From a virus, in IMG/VR virus record IMGVR_UViG_3300047586_000066, positions 38,599 to 102,598 of that record: a stretch of DNA of 64,000 nucleotides; one strand, written 5' to 3'. The notes below the pieces were generated by a model. It worked only from the letters and a program-made list of their open reading frames with translations, was not told the DNA's origin and made no database searches. Shown piece after piece: positions 1 through 8,794 of this stretch; within the stretch, counting starts at the first letter, position 1; every line of letters begins with the position of its first letter. The translations under genes and the position numbers were made by a program.

Positions 1-14
1 AAGGAGAGAAGCCA

Positions 15-464
15 ATGAGACTTTCATACACACGAACGGGTTTAATCACGAACGTTGAAACTGTGATCCACAGACTAGAAACAGCTCGCCAGCTATCCGA
101 GAAGGCGGAAGCTATCGAAGCAAAGCTCAAAGCGAAATACGAGGAGGAACTCCGGAAGTATGCCTCTGACATCTTGGAAATGCATGTCCACAAAAAGGAC
201 ACTTCGATTAAGATCGAAGTCGCCGCCGAGCATTGGAACGGCAACACCAAGATGCTGCATATCTCCCTGAAGCCTGCCGCTGGGATCCCTGTCAAATTCG
301 CCGAGGGGTTCAAAGATAAGAACACTCTGCCCAGCGTGGCCAGCATCGACAAGAAAATTCAGGAAGCCAAGGATATCCTTACCACACTGGTGAAGGCGAA
401 CGACAAGAACGTCATTATCACCACAAACTACGATCTTGAGAAGATGAAACCCTACCTGCAATAA
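15..464 (+). CDS. hypothetical early phage protein
   Basis: 149-aa ORF with AAGGAG RBS at 1-6. Confidence 0.7.
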   Translation: MRLSYTRTGLITNVETVIHRLETARQLSEKAEAIEAKLKAKYEEELRKYASDILEMHVHKKDTSIKIEVAAEHWNGNTKMLHISLKPAAGIPVKFAEGFKDKNTLPSVASIDKKIQEAKDILTTLVKANDKNVIITTNYDLEKMKPYLQ

Positions 465-539
465 GTGGCGAGTCCCCGACACGGATGAGACCCGCGTCGG
501 GAATCCGCTATTTACACAGCGGGGAAAGAGAGAAACGAA
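465..539 (+). promoter_or_regulatory. structured early-gene leader, copy 1
   Basis: long imperfect hairpin, then CCGCT-N8-AGCGG (505-522), then GGAAAGAGAGAAAC before ATG 540. Confidence 0.6.
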
Positions 540-1025
540 ATGGGAGAATTAACCAGTGGTAGAGAAAAAGCCGCTTATCATCGTGAAGTGGCCGATGCCC
601 AAGCCGATGTTGAGCAGCACCATACGAAGCTCGAAGCCGCTGCGGCCGTCAATAAACTTCGCCAGTTCATTGGCAAGACTCAGATTCGCTGTCTTAGCGA
701 TCTGTGCCGGGGAGAAGAGCGCCAGTATTTCATCGACAAACTGTGCGCCCTGGCCGAGCTGGTCTCCACAATGCCCAAGACATACGAGCAAGACGGCTTA
801 GGGAAAGAGGCTATCGCCTATCTGCATTACTTCACTTCGGGCACCGATCACTATATCACCGAGAAGGACATGGAAGCCGAGCAGCATCAGGCTTTCGGCT
901 CGGCTAACATCGGATACGGTCCTGAGCTGGGATACATTTCAATCGTTGAGCTTCTCTCCTGCGGAGCGGAACTTGATCTGTACTTTGAGCCGAAAACGCT
1001 TGCCACTATCGAAGATAGAAAGTGA
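540..1025 (+). CDS. DUF2958-like protein
   Basis: motifs PKTYEQDG..AYLHYF..YITE..AFG..ELGYISI.EL..ELDLYFEP recalled for DUF2958. Confidence 0.7.
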   Translation: MGELTSGREKAAYHREVADAQADVEQHHTKLEAAAAVNKLRQFIGKTQIRCLSDLCRGEERQYFIDKLCALAELVSTMPKTYEQDGLGKEAIAYLHYFTSGTDHYITEKDMEAEQHQAFGSANIGYGPELGYISIVELLSCGAELDLYFEPKTLATIEDRK

Positions 1026-1035
1026 AGGATTGGCC

Positions 1036-1476
1036 ATGGATGCAGAACAGATTGATAACTGGGGTTCTGAAGCATGGCGACAACCTGAACCTCTGCCAAC
1101 TGACGTGGTTTTATATTCAGAATGCGGACGTAGCTTGAACAATATCGATTTTCGTTCGCATTCCTTTAAGCTGGTCAAGGCTCAGTTCGGCGGATACTTC
1201 GCTTTGGTTCGTCATGGTGGAGGAGACGAGCGTCTCAGCCTTGGATATTCGCATATGGGAATCGAGAGAATGTTTTCACAGCTCGATTCCGATTCGCGCT
1301 ATTTGCTTTTGCATCAGTTTTTCGATATCGCTCACAATGCAAACCGAGCCGCTACTGACAACACAGCGGGTGAGTATCGCAAGGCTTTTGTCGATGGCAG
1401 GCTGAAAAAACGCAAGTTGCCAGCTCAAGGGATATGGAAAATCTGGATTGAACCTAAAACCGAAGGGAGAGCATGA
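1036..1476 (+). CDS. hypothetical protein
   Basis: ATG 1036 after GAAGGA, in frame with ORF 946..1476. Confidence 0.65.
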   Translation: MDAEQIDNWGSEAWRQPEPLPTDVVLYSECGRSLNNIDFRSHSFKLVKAQFGGYFALVRHGGGDERLSLGYSHMGIERMFSQLDSDSRYLLLHQFFDIAHNANRAATDNTAGEYRKAFVDGRLKKRKLPAQGIWKIWIEPKTEGRA

Positions 1477-1823
1477 TGCCAGATATTTCTTTGAAAAAAC
1501 TGCGCGAGGATTGCCCACAAGGCTACAATCTCGCAACCCTCGTACCTTTAGACCAGCCTTCTACGGACTTAACCCCGCTTCTCGAAGCTGTCCCAGTTCT
1601 GAAGGAAGCCTCCGGCGCTTTGGGTGTTCTCCGCTCTATGGACATTCCTGGTAAGCGTCAGGGAATCCAAAAGCAGATAGCCTTGGATGGTAAAGAGTAC
1701 AAACTTTGGCATCTTGTCTTTCTGCCTGAGCCGGTGGATAACGTTTACGCTACCCTTCATGTTTACAACTTCTTTCTTCACAGGGTTACAGAATCAGAAG
1801 CCAGACACAGAGAGGAGACCTAA
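1473..1823 (+). CDS. hypothetical protein
   Basis: ATGA overlap with upstream gene, GGGAG RBS. Confidence 0.6.
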   Translation: MMPDISLKKLREDCPQGYNLATLVPLDQPSTDLTPLLEAVPVLKEASGALGVLRSMDIPGKRQGIQKQIALDGKEYKLWHLVFLPEPVDNVYATLHVYNFFLHRVTESEARHREET

Positions 1824-1824
1824 A

Positions 1825-2244
1825 ATGGAACTGAACGAAGCCGTTGAACTGGTCCTCAAACTTGCGCGGGAGTCAATCTCTTGGGATCTTATTGAAGTCA
1901 GAAAGGGACAGATTGAAGCCTGCAATTTAATCGAGGACTTTGCTGTGAATCACCTGGGACAAGATGACATTGGCGATCAATGCTGTTTTGTCCGTTCTTC
2001 GGGTACCGGGTGGTTTTGTTGGACGCATAAACACTTATGTCCCGGCCCTCTGCCCTACTGCGATCAAGAGCCCTGGGAAACTCCGCTAGGCCCGCGTGAA
2101 ATGCAAGCCGTCCGGACCTTATGGGATGCTCTCAGCGAGATCCTTGAAGACTCCTCGATTGCAACCTATCTGCCTCCAGAGCTACGGGCTAATGGACTGA
2201 AAGCTATCGAAAAAGCTGTAGACGCTTTCCCAGTGGAGGCATAG
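1825..2244 (+). CDS. hypothetical protein with Cys/His cluster
   Basis: GAGGAG RBS, ATG 1825; CC..CWTHKHLC..C. Confidence 0.6.
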   Translation: MELNEAVELVLKLARESISWDLIEVRKGQIEACNLIEDFAVNHLGQDDIGDQCCFVRSSGTGWFCWTHKHLCPGPLPYCDQEPWETPLGPREMQAVRTLWDALSEILEDSSIATYLPPELRANGLKAIEKAVDAFPVEA

Positions 2245-2246
2245 TC

Positions 2247-2489
2247 ATGAAGATCTACACTGGGAAAGCCACAATCAATAATTCAAGATTCGACCGAACC
2301 TACCGATTCCGTGTCTTTGCCACAAGCTATCACATGGCGGCAGCGCGAGCCATCAAGGTCGCAAAGAAGGAATTCAGGCTCAGCCAAGGACGAACTAAAA
2401 TCGCCTATATGGGCATTCCACATATTGAACAGCTTTCTAATCCCGTGATCCCTGCCGAGTGGGTAGATCAGGCATGGCTCATTGTTTGA
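2247..2489 (+). CDS. hypothetical protein
   Basis: GGAGG RBS, tight packing. Confidence 0.6.
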   Translation: MKIYTGKATINNSRFDRTYRFRVFATSYHMAAARAIKVAKKEFRLSQGRTKIAYMGIPHIEQLSNPVIPAEWVDQAWLIV

Positions 2490-2560
2490 TTCTGGAGGCA
2501 ACGACGCGGGATAGCCCGTGCCATTGCTCCTTGGATCACCCAAGGGGAAAGAGGGGAACC
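2490..2560 (+). promoter_or_regulatory. structured early-gene leader, copy 2
   Basis: long hairpin, then CCTTGG-ATCAC-CCAAGG (2529-2545), then GGAAAGAGGGGAACC before TTG 2561. Confidence 0.6.
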
Positions 2561-2812
2561 TTGAAAAGATCAATGCGCGTTATCTCAGCCATTCTGTGGC
2601 TTGCTCTCGCCGGGCTTGCCGCTGACAAGGCAGTTCAGGAACGGCCCAAAGTCCAATGTGCCGGTATCACTAAAGCCGGATTACGCTGCAAGCGCATCGT
2701 GAAACCGCCTGCCATATATTGCTGGCAGCATAAGGCACAGGCTTCGAAGAAAGCCGAATGCCATACCGATGCAGAGTGCGAACGCATGTACGGGAAACTT
2801 TTCCACAACTAG
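2561..2812 (+). CDS. small exported Cys-motif protein (DUF5763-like)
   Basis: signal-like VISAILWLALAGLAA; CAGITKAGLRCKR..YCWQH; start TTG 2561 or ATG 2573. Confidence 0.55.
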   Translation: MKRSMRVISAILWLALAGLAADKAVQERPKVQCAGITKAGLRCKRIVKPPAIYCWQHKAQASKKAECHTDAECERMYGKLFHN

Positions 2813-2886
2813 ACTCTGGACTTGAAGATGTGGGCACAGCCCATGCCTTCGAGCCTTGGGTTACCCAGGGGGAAAGAGAGAAACCG
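2813..2886 (+). promoter_or_regulatory. structured early-gene leader, copy 3
   Basis: long hairpin, then CCTTGGG-TTA-CCCAGGG (2854-2870), then GGAAAGAGAGAAACC before ATG 2887. Confidence 0.6.
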
Positions 2887-3102
2887 ATGGCCAATTATAA
2901 AGTGTGGGTTCAAATCGAAGTACAGCCCGAAATAAAAGATCCTTACAATGTTGACGAGCCCGTTGACATCATCGAAGTTGATACCCTTCCAAAAGCCCGT
3001 CGCATAGTCAATCAGATCATCGACCTTTTCACCGATGAGGAAACCATTGCCCACTGGAAGAGAACCAAAATCTATCCGTTTGAAAGGAGCAAAAATGTCT
3101 GA
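2887..3102 (+). CDS. hypothetical protein
   Basis: ATG 2887 after leader motif. Confidence 0.65.
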   Translation: MANYKVWVQIEVQPEIKDPYNVDEPVDIIEVDTLPKARRIVNQIIDLFTDEETIAHWKRTKIYPFERSKNV

Positions 3103-3982
3103 ATATGTCATTTGGCAGAGGGGTTACTATATCCCTCCTTCTCATCAGCTACCCGCTGGACCGGATGAACCTTTATTGCTCCCTGAGAATTGTGAGACAA
3201 TCATGAACGCTGAAGCGCCGGAAGGATGGCAGAAGATTGACGCGATTGTCGAACGGACTTCTACTGAAGGAGTTCAGGAAGCCCTGGAAGAAGCTGAAGC
3301 CGCGAAGAAACCAAAGCGCCACTGGGTAATGGACTACTTCAGAGGCAATGAGAAGGACGGTTATGTCTGTGTGCCGCCCTGGCTCAATGAACAGAAAGCG
3401 CCAAAGCTCCAGCCTGGTCCGATTGCCCGGATCGACAGGAATTATACCGTGACCGTGAAGCGGCTGACCGATAACATCAAGAACAATCTCAGTCAATACG
3501 AGAAGCATCTCGGCAAGAAGGTCGGCGCTTATGCCTGTGTCGCAACGGACGGACACCGGGCTTTACTGGTCCGCGATGCACTCAAGGATGGCAAACACCG
3601 AAAGAAATGGCCTGTCAACGGTATTCCGAAGCCCACCGATCCCAACTTCGTTATATCTGATCCTGAGATTATAAACGGGCTTCGACGGCTGGGGACTGTC
3701 ACCAAAGGGGAGAAATATCCTTCCTGGGTGACTTTCTCTCTTTCCGCTGAAGAGGGGAGACTCGTTCTCTCCTCTTCAGTTCCCGACATTAAGGGGACGG
3801 AGGTCTACGAATGCCAGAGCACGGCGTCTATCGAGTTCTCCGTGAATACTGAGTTTATGATTGCGGCTTGTGGCTCCTGGCCGCTGATCTGCTATTTCAA
3901 AGACAATGTGAGCCCGTTGATCTTCATGCCCAAAACCAAAGCCCGAGAATTCATGTACGTGGTTATGCCCGTACAGAAATGA
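3095..3982 (+). CDS. protein with C-terminal DNA polymerase III beta-clamp-like region
   Basis: VATDGHR motif and terminal FMYVVMPV are DnaN signatures; unrelated N-terminal ~130 aa. Confidence 0.6.
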   Translation: MSEYVIWQRGYYIPPSHQLPAGPDEPLLLPENCETIMNAEAPEGWQKIDAIVERTSTEGVQEALEEAEAAKKPKRHWVMDYFRGNEKDGYVCVPPWLNEQKAPKLQPGPIARIDRNYTVTVKRLTDNIKNNLSQYEKHLGKKVGAYACVATDGHRALLVRDALKDGKHRKKWPVNGIPKPTDPNFVISDPEIINGLRRLGTVTKGEKYPSWVTFSLSAEEGRLVLSSSVPDIKGTEVYECQSTASIEFSVNTEFMIAACGSWPLICYFKDNVSPLIFMPKTKAREFMYVVMPVQK

Positions 3983-4188
3983 GGATTATGGCTCTTACCT
4001 TGGAATCAGCTTTGATCGTGGCTCGCAATATTCGAGACATTGACAAGCCCTATCAGCCGGATAGCCCGCTTCCCTCCTGCCAGGAAGCTCTGGAGATTAT
4101 CGAAGATGCTCTTGGCCGCTATGACTTCAACTGGATCACTGGACAGGATGCCCGCGACCTACTCCGAAAGGAGTCTGGCTATGAATAA
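3979..4188 (+). CDS. hypothetical protein
   Basis: overlap-coupled ORF; start 3979 or 3988. Confidence 0.55.
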   Translation: MRIMALTLESALIVARNIRDIDKPYQPDSPLPSCQEALEIIEDALGRYDFNWITGQDARDLLRKESGYE

Positions 4189-4498
4189 AAGTCAATACGT
4201 TAGACCATTTGACAAACTTAACGACATGAAAGAAGACGCGAGGGGATTGCTTGTACGCATCGCCTCACTACACAGTCATTGCAGTCATGCCGAAGAATTT
4301 GGGCTTTATTCCTCCGACCATAGCGCCGTAGCCCATGCCTTTCGTTGTGCGGCAGAGCTTTATGTCGCACTTGAGGATACTGAAGAGAATGCAAGTTTCT
4401 ACCAAGACTTTGATAGATGGGAAAGACGCAGCAAAGAAGAGGCGGCAAAGGCGCTTCGTGATCGTATTCATGACGCCGAGTCAAAATCGAAAGCCTGA
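4181..4498 (+). CDS. hypothetical protein
   Basis: AAGGAG RBS, ATG 4181. Confidence 0.6.
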   Translation: MNKSQYVRPFDKLNDMKEDARGLLVRIASLHSHCSHAEEFGLYSSDHSAVAHAFRCAAELYVALEDTEENASFYQDFDRWERRSKEEAAKALRDRIHDAESKSKA

Positions 4499-4574
4499 TG
4501 ATCGACCACTTGGCTTGTGCACTAGTGCACAAGCCTGGAGGCCGCTGCTATCAGCGGGGAAGGAGAGATTCTCT
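4499..4574 (+). promoter_or_regulatory. structured early-gene leader, copy 4, containing a GTGCAC tandem palindrome
   Basis: perfect palindrome GGCTTGTGCACTAGTGCACAAGCC, then CCGCTG-CTAT-CAGCGG (4542-4557), then GGAAGGAGAG. Confidence 0.55.
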
Positions 4575-4964
4575 ATGGATGAAAAGAAAGAGCCGATGCC
4601 GGACGTGAATCGCAGCCCAATCGGCCAACGGGAATGGCTCGAAGAAGGCAAGCGGCTATTCGGCATGCCTGCAACAAAATGGAAGTTCATGTGTCCTGTC
4701 TGCAAGGGCATTCAGACAATGGACGACTTCATAGTAAGGAACCTCGATCATGACCTAGTGTACCAGGAATGCATCGGAAGACATATTCCCGGCGCTCAGG
4801 ATCGTTTCCTGAAGAGCAAGCGGCAGGTCGGCCCATGTGACTATGCAGCATATGGGCTCATTCATCTTGGTCGAACTGTTAAATACGAGGACAGGAAGGG
4901 AATAAAAATGCCTTCTATCCAGGCTTTCCCGTTTGCTCTCGATTTGAAGGAGGGATTACTATGA
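4575..4964 (+). CDS. VVA0879-like Cys-rich phage protein
   Basis: EW..EG.RLFG..WKF.CPVC..QECIGR..CDYAAYGL pattern. Confidence 0.65.
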   Translation: MDEKKEPMPDVNRSPIGQREWLEEGKRLFGMPATKWKFMCPVCKGIQTMDDFIVRNLDHDLVYQECIGRHIPGAQDRFLKSKRQVGPCDYAAYGLIHLGRTVKYEDRKGIKMPSIQAFPFALDLKEGLL

Positions 4965-5200
4965 GATACATAATTCTAAGCTGGGACAATGAGGAGGAGC
5001 AGACCTTTTACGATATTGTCCAAGCCGAAACCACAGAAAAAGCCAGAGAACTCGTCAAGAAAGTCCGGGACAATTATGCTGAAATAATTGCCTCATTTGA
5101 TGCCGAGGATCTCCGCTCTATGGCAGACCGTATCGCAAGAGCGCCTGAAGACGAAGTTATTTCAGCATCCAACTGGAAGAAATTCAAGGAGGCGTCTTGA
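4961..5200 (+). CDS. hypothetical protein
   Basis: GGAGGG RBS, overlap-coupled. Confidence 0.6.
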   Translation: MRYIILSWDNEEEQTFYDIVQAETTEKARELVKKVRDNYAEIIASFDAEDLRSMADRIARAPEDEVISASNWKKFKEAS

Positions 5201-5463
5201 TGGCTAGAACGATCCAATCTCTTACCCTTTCCGAGATGGACTGCAAAGGGCGCAACGGTTATTTCAACCACGGCAGGACTGAGATTTGGTCCTCCGGCAA
5301 TCCCGTTGATGGAATTACGATTTACGTCCAGGTCTACAGCAAGAAGACAGGCCAAAGTCCTCCGCTTCAGTTCCACGGCCCTGTGGCTGTGATCCTCCAA
5401 TACTTCGCCGAGCTGGCACGAAATTGCATGGAAGTATCCCGAGAAGCAGGAGGCAACCAATGA
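5197..5463 (+). CDS. hypothetical protein
   Basis: AGGAGG RBS, overlap-coupled. Confidence 0.6.
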   Translation: MMARTIQSLTLSEMDCKGRNGYFNHGRTEIWSSGNPVDGITIYVQVYSKKTGQSPPLQFHGPVAVILQYFAELARNCMEVSREAGGNQ

Positions 5464-5744
5464 AAGAACCCAAAGAAGTCATTTGCCCAATGTGCGGAGG
5501 GAATCGGCTGAAGGTCGGGCAGGTCTCCTACAACACTCAGGTCTATAGCCCAGACTGGGAAAAGAACGGCGACGATGAAGAATGGAGCGCGTCAGATTAC
5601 AGTCTTGACCAAAACCGTTACATTGTCTCGATCTACTGTCAGGATTGCTCCGAGAATTGCGAGGATACCGATCTGACCGATCTTGCCATTGAGGCTGGCT
5701 GGGAGATCTACGATGAAGATTCTTTTAAGCTGAAAACGAAGTAG
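5460..5744 (+). CDS. acidic zinc-ribbon protein
   Basis: CPMC ... CQDC, AGGAGG RBS. Confidence 0.6.
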   Translation: MKEPKEVICPMCGGNRLKVGQVSYNTQVYSPDWEKNGDDEEWSASDYSLDQNRYIVSIYCQDCSENCEDTDLTDLAIEAGWEIYDEDSFKLKTK

Positions 5745-5745
5745 C

Positions 5746-6420
5746 TTATTCGTCAGGATCGGGGATGCTTTCGTCTTCAGAATCTTCGAAAACGTCTCCT
5801 TCGGTAGGGGCGACTTCGGTCGCCTCTGCCTCAATCGTCTCGCCTTCGGGCTCAATCGTCTCAGGGAGGGCGACTTGTCTGGATTGCATTTTACTCATAA
5901 CTCGACGCAAAAGATCTTCGCTGCTATTGACGCCGCTGGGCGGCGTTGCCCCTCCTCCGATGCTGAGACTTCTCTGGTCAACGTGGACGTTGATCCCCCC
6001 AGGTTTTTCCTGCATGCCCGTGGCTTCACGGTATTCCTTCATGACGGAATGCGGGCTCAATCCCACGGCGAGATAATCCTTTGCTTCGAGGCTGAGCGCC
6101 GTGTTCAAGAGTTGGCGGTATTTCTTTCCTTCAGTTCTTTGAATCAAAATCCTGTTTCTATCGTTCTCATGGGAAATCAACGTCCGGGTGGGCAGCAACG
6201 ATTGGATGTGCTGAATATCCATCTCGATCTCTTCGAGAGAGCACTCTATCCCTTGAGCATTGAGGAATTTAACAATCTCCTCCTCTGCAAAACCCGAAAT
6301 AAAATGAGTATAAACCGTGGAGGCGCGACCGTGCTGCGCGTAGTCGTCCTTCCCAATCTGTTTTATCTCTGGCGGAGGTCCGCTTTTTGTGACAGCCCAC
6401 TCGAATCCTTGTCGTGCCAT
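5746..6420 (-). CDS. hypothetical protein, possibly terminase small subunit-like
   Basis: lone minus-strand 224-aa ORF; helical N-terminus, very acidic tail; function is a guess. Confidence 0.5.
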   Translation of the reverse strand: MARQGFEWAVTKSGPPPEIKQIGKDDYAQHGRASTVYTHFISGFAEEEIVKFLNAQGIECSLEEIEMDIQHIQSLLPTRTLISHENDRNRILIQRTEGKKYRQLLNTALSLEAKDYLAVGLSPHSVMKEYREATGMQEKPGGINVHVDQRSLSIGGGATPPSGVNSSEDLLRRVMSKMQSRQVALPETIEPEGETIEAEATEVAPTEGDVFEDSEDESIPDPDE

Positions 6421-6560
6421 GGAGGCATCTTACAACAAAGGAATCAAAATGTTTATTCCAATTTACAAAATCGTCGCTTTGGGGATTGTATTTGTTTTCT
6501 TTTTGATGGTCGCATTTCTCATGGGGTGCCTAGCTGGATTTCACGGCGATGACGATTAGC

Positions 6561-6575
6561 GTGCACTGGGTGCAC
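6561..6575. repeat. GTGCAC-TGG-GTGCAC site directly upstream of an RBS
   Basis: same 15-mer (in the coding sense) before the RBS of the gene starting at 44337. Confidence 0.7.
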
Positions 6576-6588
6576 AGAAGGAGCAAGA

Positions 6589-6879
6589 ATGGAAATCCTA
6601 ATTAGAAGGCCCAAGCATCAGAATATCCGCTTTAAGGAATCTGACGATATGGAGATTCACACCAGAAAAAGCAACATCCTTGATGATGGAGATCTTCATT
6701 TCACAGCCACAACGGGCCAGGGAGAAGTTTATATCCGAATGAGTCATGCAGAATTCATCATTCTTTCTCATCGCTATAGGCAATATCACAAGATGCACAC
6801 AAAGACCCCTAAGTATCGTGCTCGAATGAAACGTTTGATGAAGAAACTCGACTGTAAATATGGGAGACTCACAGAATGA
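6589..6879 (+). CDS. hypothetical basic protein
   Basis: AAGGAG RBS, 96 aa. Confidence 0.6.
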   Translation: MEILIRRPKHQNIRFKESDDMEIHTRKSNILDDGDLHFTATTGQGEVYIRMSHAEFIILSHRYRQYHKMHTKTPKYRARMKRLMKKLDCKYGRLTE

Positions 6880-7172
6880 ATAAAATCTTAGCTTTAACGC
6901 GGGCACAAGAAAACATGGCCGAAGCCCTGGCGATTGCGATGCGGTATGGAGGGATCGACGGCGCTCACCATAAAGATTGGGTTATCGATCAAATGGTTCG
7001 CGCTCTCACAGGATGCGCCAGAGTTGAGGTACGAGATAAGGACATCAATGGGAAAGACTATCTCTTCTTGAAATACAACGAATCGGAGACCTATTTGAAG
7101 TTTGTGGCAGCCGCAAAACAAGGTGTGGACAATCCAGAGACTTATGAATGGAATGTGGGGATAGCGCCATGA
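6876..7172 (+). CDS. conserved phage hypothetical protein
   Basis: YGGIDGAHHK.WVIDQMVR.L..YEW..GIAP pattern. Confidence 0.65.
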   Translation: MNKILALTRAQENMAEALAIAMRYGGIDGAHHKDWVIDQMVRALTGCARVEVRDKDINGKDYLFLKYNESETYLKFVAAAKQGVDNPETYEWNVGIAP

Positions 7173-8557
7173 AAACTCAAGTCTTTATTTCTGATCGACT
7201 CTACATCAAAGCTCCGGACCAGGAAGCCAGGATGAGCCATCCGCTCTTTCAGCGGGTCAAGCAGGAGCTTACCCACCTGAATCCGCAATATGACACGCTT
7301 CAGCGCCTGGGAAAGTGGACAGGCAACACACCGCGTTACACGATCATGTGGACAAACCACGAACAGACCTCCGAGTATTTCCTGGGCGCTCCACGCGGGT
7401 ACCGGGAAAAGCTCACCCTGGCTGCTGAGTCAACTCGAACGGATCTGGAATGGATCGACAAAACCGTTTGTCCTGAACTGACTGAACCGCTTGCCCATCC
7501 AACTCAGCCGCTCGACGAATTTCAGGATGATGCGCTTGAAGTTCTTCTTGGTTACGACAACGGCTGTATGGAAGCACCGACCGGAGCCGGGAAAACGAAT
7601 ATCCTTATGAGTATGATTCCCTTTCTCCAAACGCCTACGCTGATCCTGGTCCACACGAAAGAGCTGCTTATGCAGACGCATCGACGCCTGGGCGAATGGC
7701 TTGGCATTGAGGCTGGGATTCTCGGAGGAGGCAAGTCAAAGCTCAAGGATGTCACAGTTGGAATGATTCAGACCTTAGCCCGCATGGATATCCGGCAGTC
7801 CGGCGTCGGCGCTCGCTTCGGGGCTGTGATCGTCGATGAGTGCCATCATTCTCCGGCAATGACCTGGGCCGAGATTCTGAACCGGATGCAGGCAAAGTAT
7901 CGCTATGGCTTCACGGCGACTGCCTGGAGGAAAGACAAGCTCGAATTTGTGATCTGGGACGTGATCGGCGAGATCCGATCCAAGGTCAGCCGGCAGGAAG
8001 TCATCGACGCTGGGCGAATTGTGTGGCCGACTGTGGAGCAAGTTCACACGGACTATTCCTATCCAATCGGCGATGATTCGTCGAAGTGGATTGCCATGAT
8101 TTCCGACCTGATCGCCGATGAGGATAGAAACATACTCATCGAAAAGCAGGTCCGAACCCGAATGTGGGCGAACACGAAAGCTCTGATCCTGACAGATCGG
8201 ATCGATCACGCTAACCATCTTGCAAGCCGCCTGACCGACCTCGATCCCGCGCTGCTGACTGGGGAGCTAACGAAACGGGAGCGCGAGGAAACCATGACCC
8301 GCGTCCGAGCTGGCGCAAAGCTGACGGTCGCCACAATCCATCTCCTGGGTGAAGGCGTAGACGTTCCGGGCTGGGATCTTTTGTTCCTGGTCAGTCCTCT
8401 GTCCAAAGGTCCGAGGGTCATGCAGGCTCTTGGACGAATTGCCCGCGTGGCGCCGGGTAAGGATTCCGCCACATTGATCGACTTCGTTGACAGTGAGATT
8501 CCAATGCTTTACGCCGCGGCGAAAGGTCGCATGAGGCTTTACAGGAGGTCAGACTAA
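7169..8557 (+). CDS. superfamily 2 DExH helicase
   Basis: APTGAGKT, VIVDECHH, FTATA, EGVDVP, QALGRIAR. Confidence 0.93.
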   Translation: MKTQVFISDRLYIKAPDQEARMSHPLFQRVKQELTHLNPQYDTLQRLGKWTGNTPRYTIMWTNHEQTSEYFLGAPRGYREKLTLAAESTRTDLEWIDKTVCPELTEPLAHPTQPLDEFQDDALEVLLGYDNGCMEAPTGAGKTNILMSMIPFLQTPTLILVHTKELLMQTHRRLGEWLGIEAGILGGGKSKLKDVTVGMIQTLARMDIRQSGVGARFGAVIVDECHHSPAMTWAEILNRMQAKYRYGFTATAWRKDKLEFVIWDVIGEIRSKVSRQEVIDAGRIVWPTVEQVHTDYSYPIGDDSSKWIAMISDLIADEDRNILIEKQVRTRMWANTKALILTDRIDHANHLASRLTDLDPALLTGELTKREREETMTRVRAGAKLTVATIHLLGEGVDVPGWDLLFLVSPLSKGPRVMQALGRIARVAPGKDSATLIDFVDSEIPMLYAAAKGRMRLYRRSD

Positions 8558-8794
8558 ATGGCAAAAGAATATCACAAGAAATGGCCTTATCCGAAAGGTA
8601 CGTTGGCAATTCTGAAACCTACCTGGGTGTCGGTTTTCGATAAGATTTTGGTCAAGACCACAACTAAGGCTTCCTTGGCACGGCACGGAGAATGGATAGT
8701 TAAAATACGTCGTGCTGAACCTCCTCGAATAAGTCTGGGAGCTTGGTCCGTTTCTTTTTTGCAGAAAGTTCGAGTAAAGAAAGGAACGATATGA
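8558..8794 (+). CDS. small basic hypothetical protein
   Basis: exactly fills the gap between helicase and recombinase. Confidence 0.5.
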   Translation: MAKEYHKKWPYPKGTLAILKPTWVSVFDKILVKTTTKASLARHGEWIVKIRRAEPPRISLGAWSVSFLQKVRVKKGTI

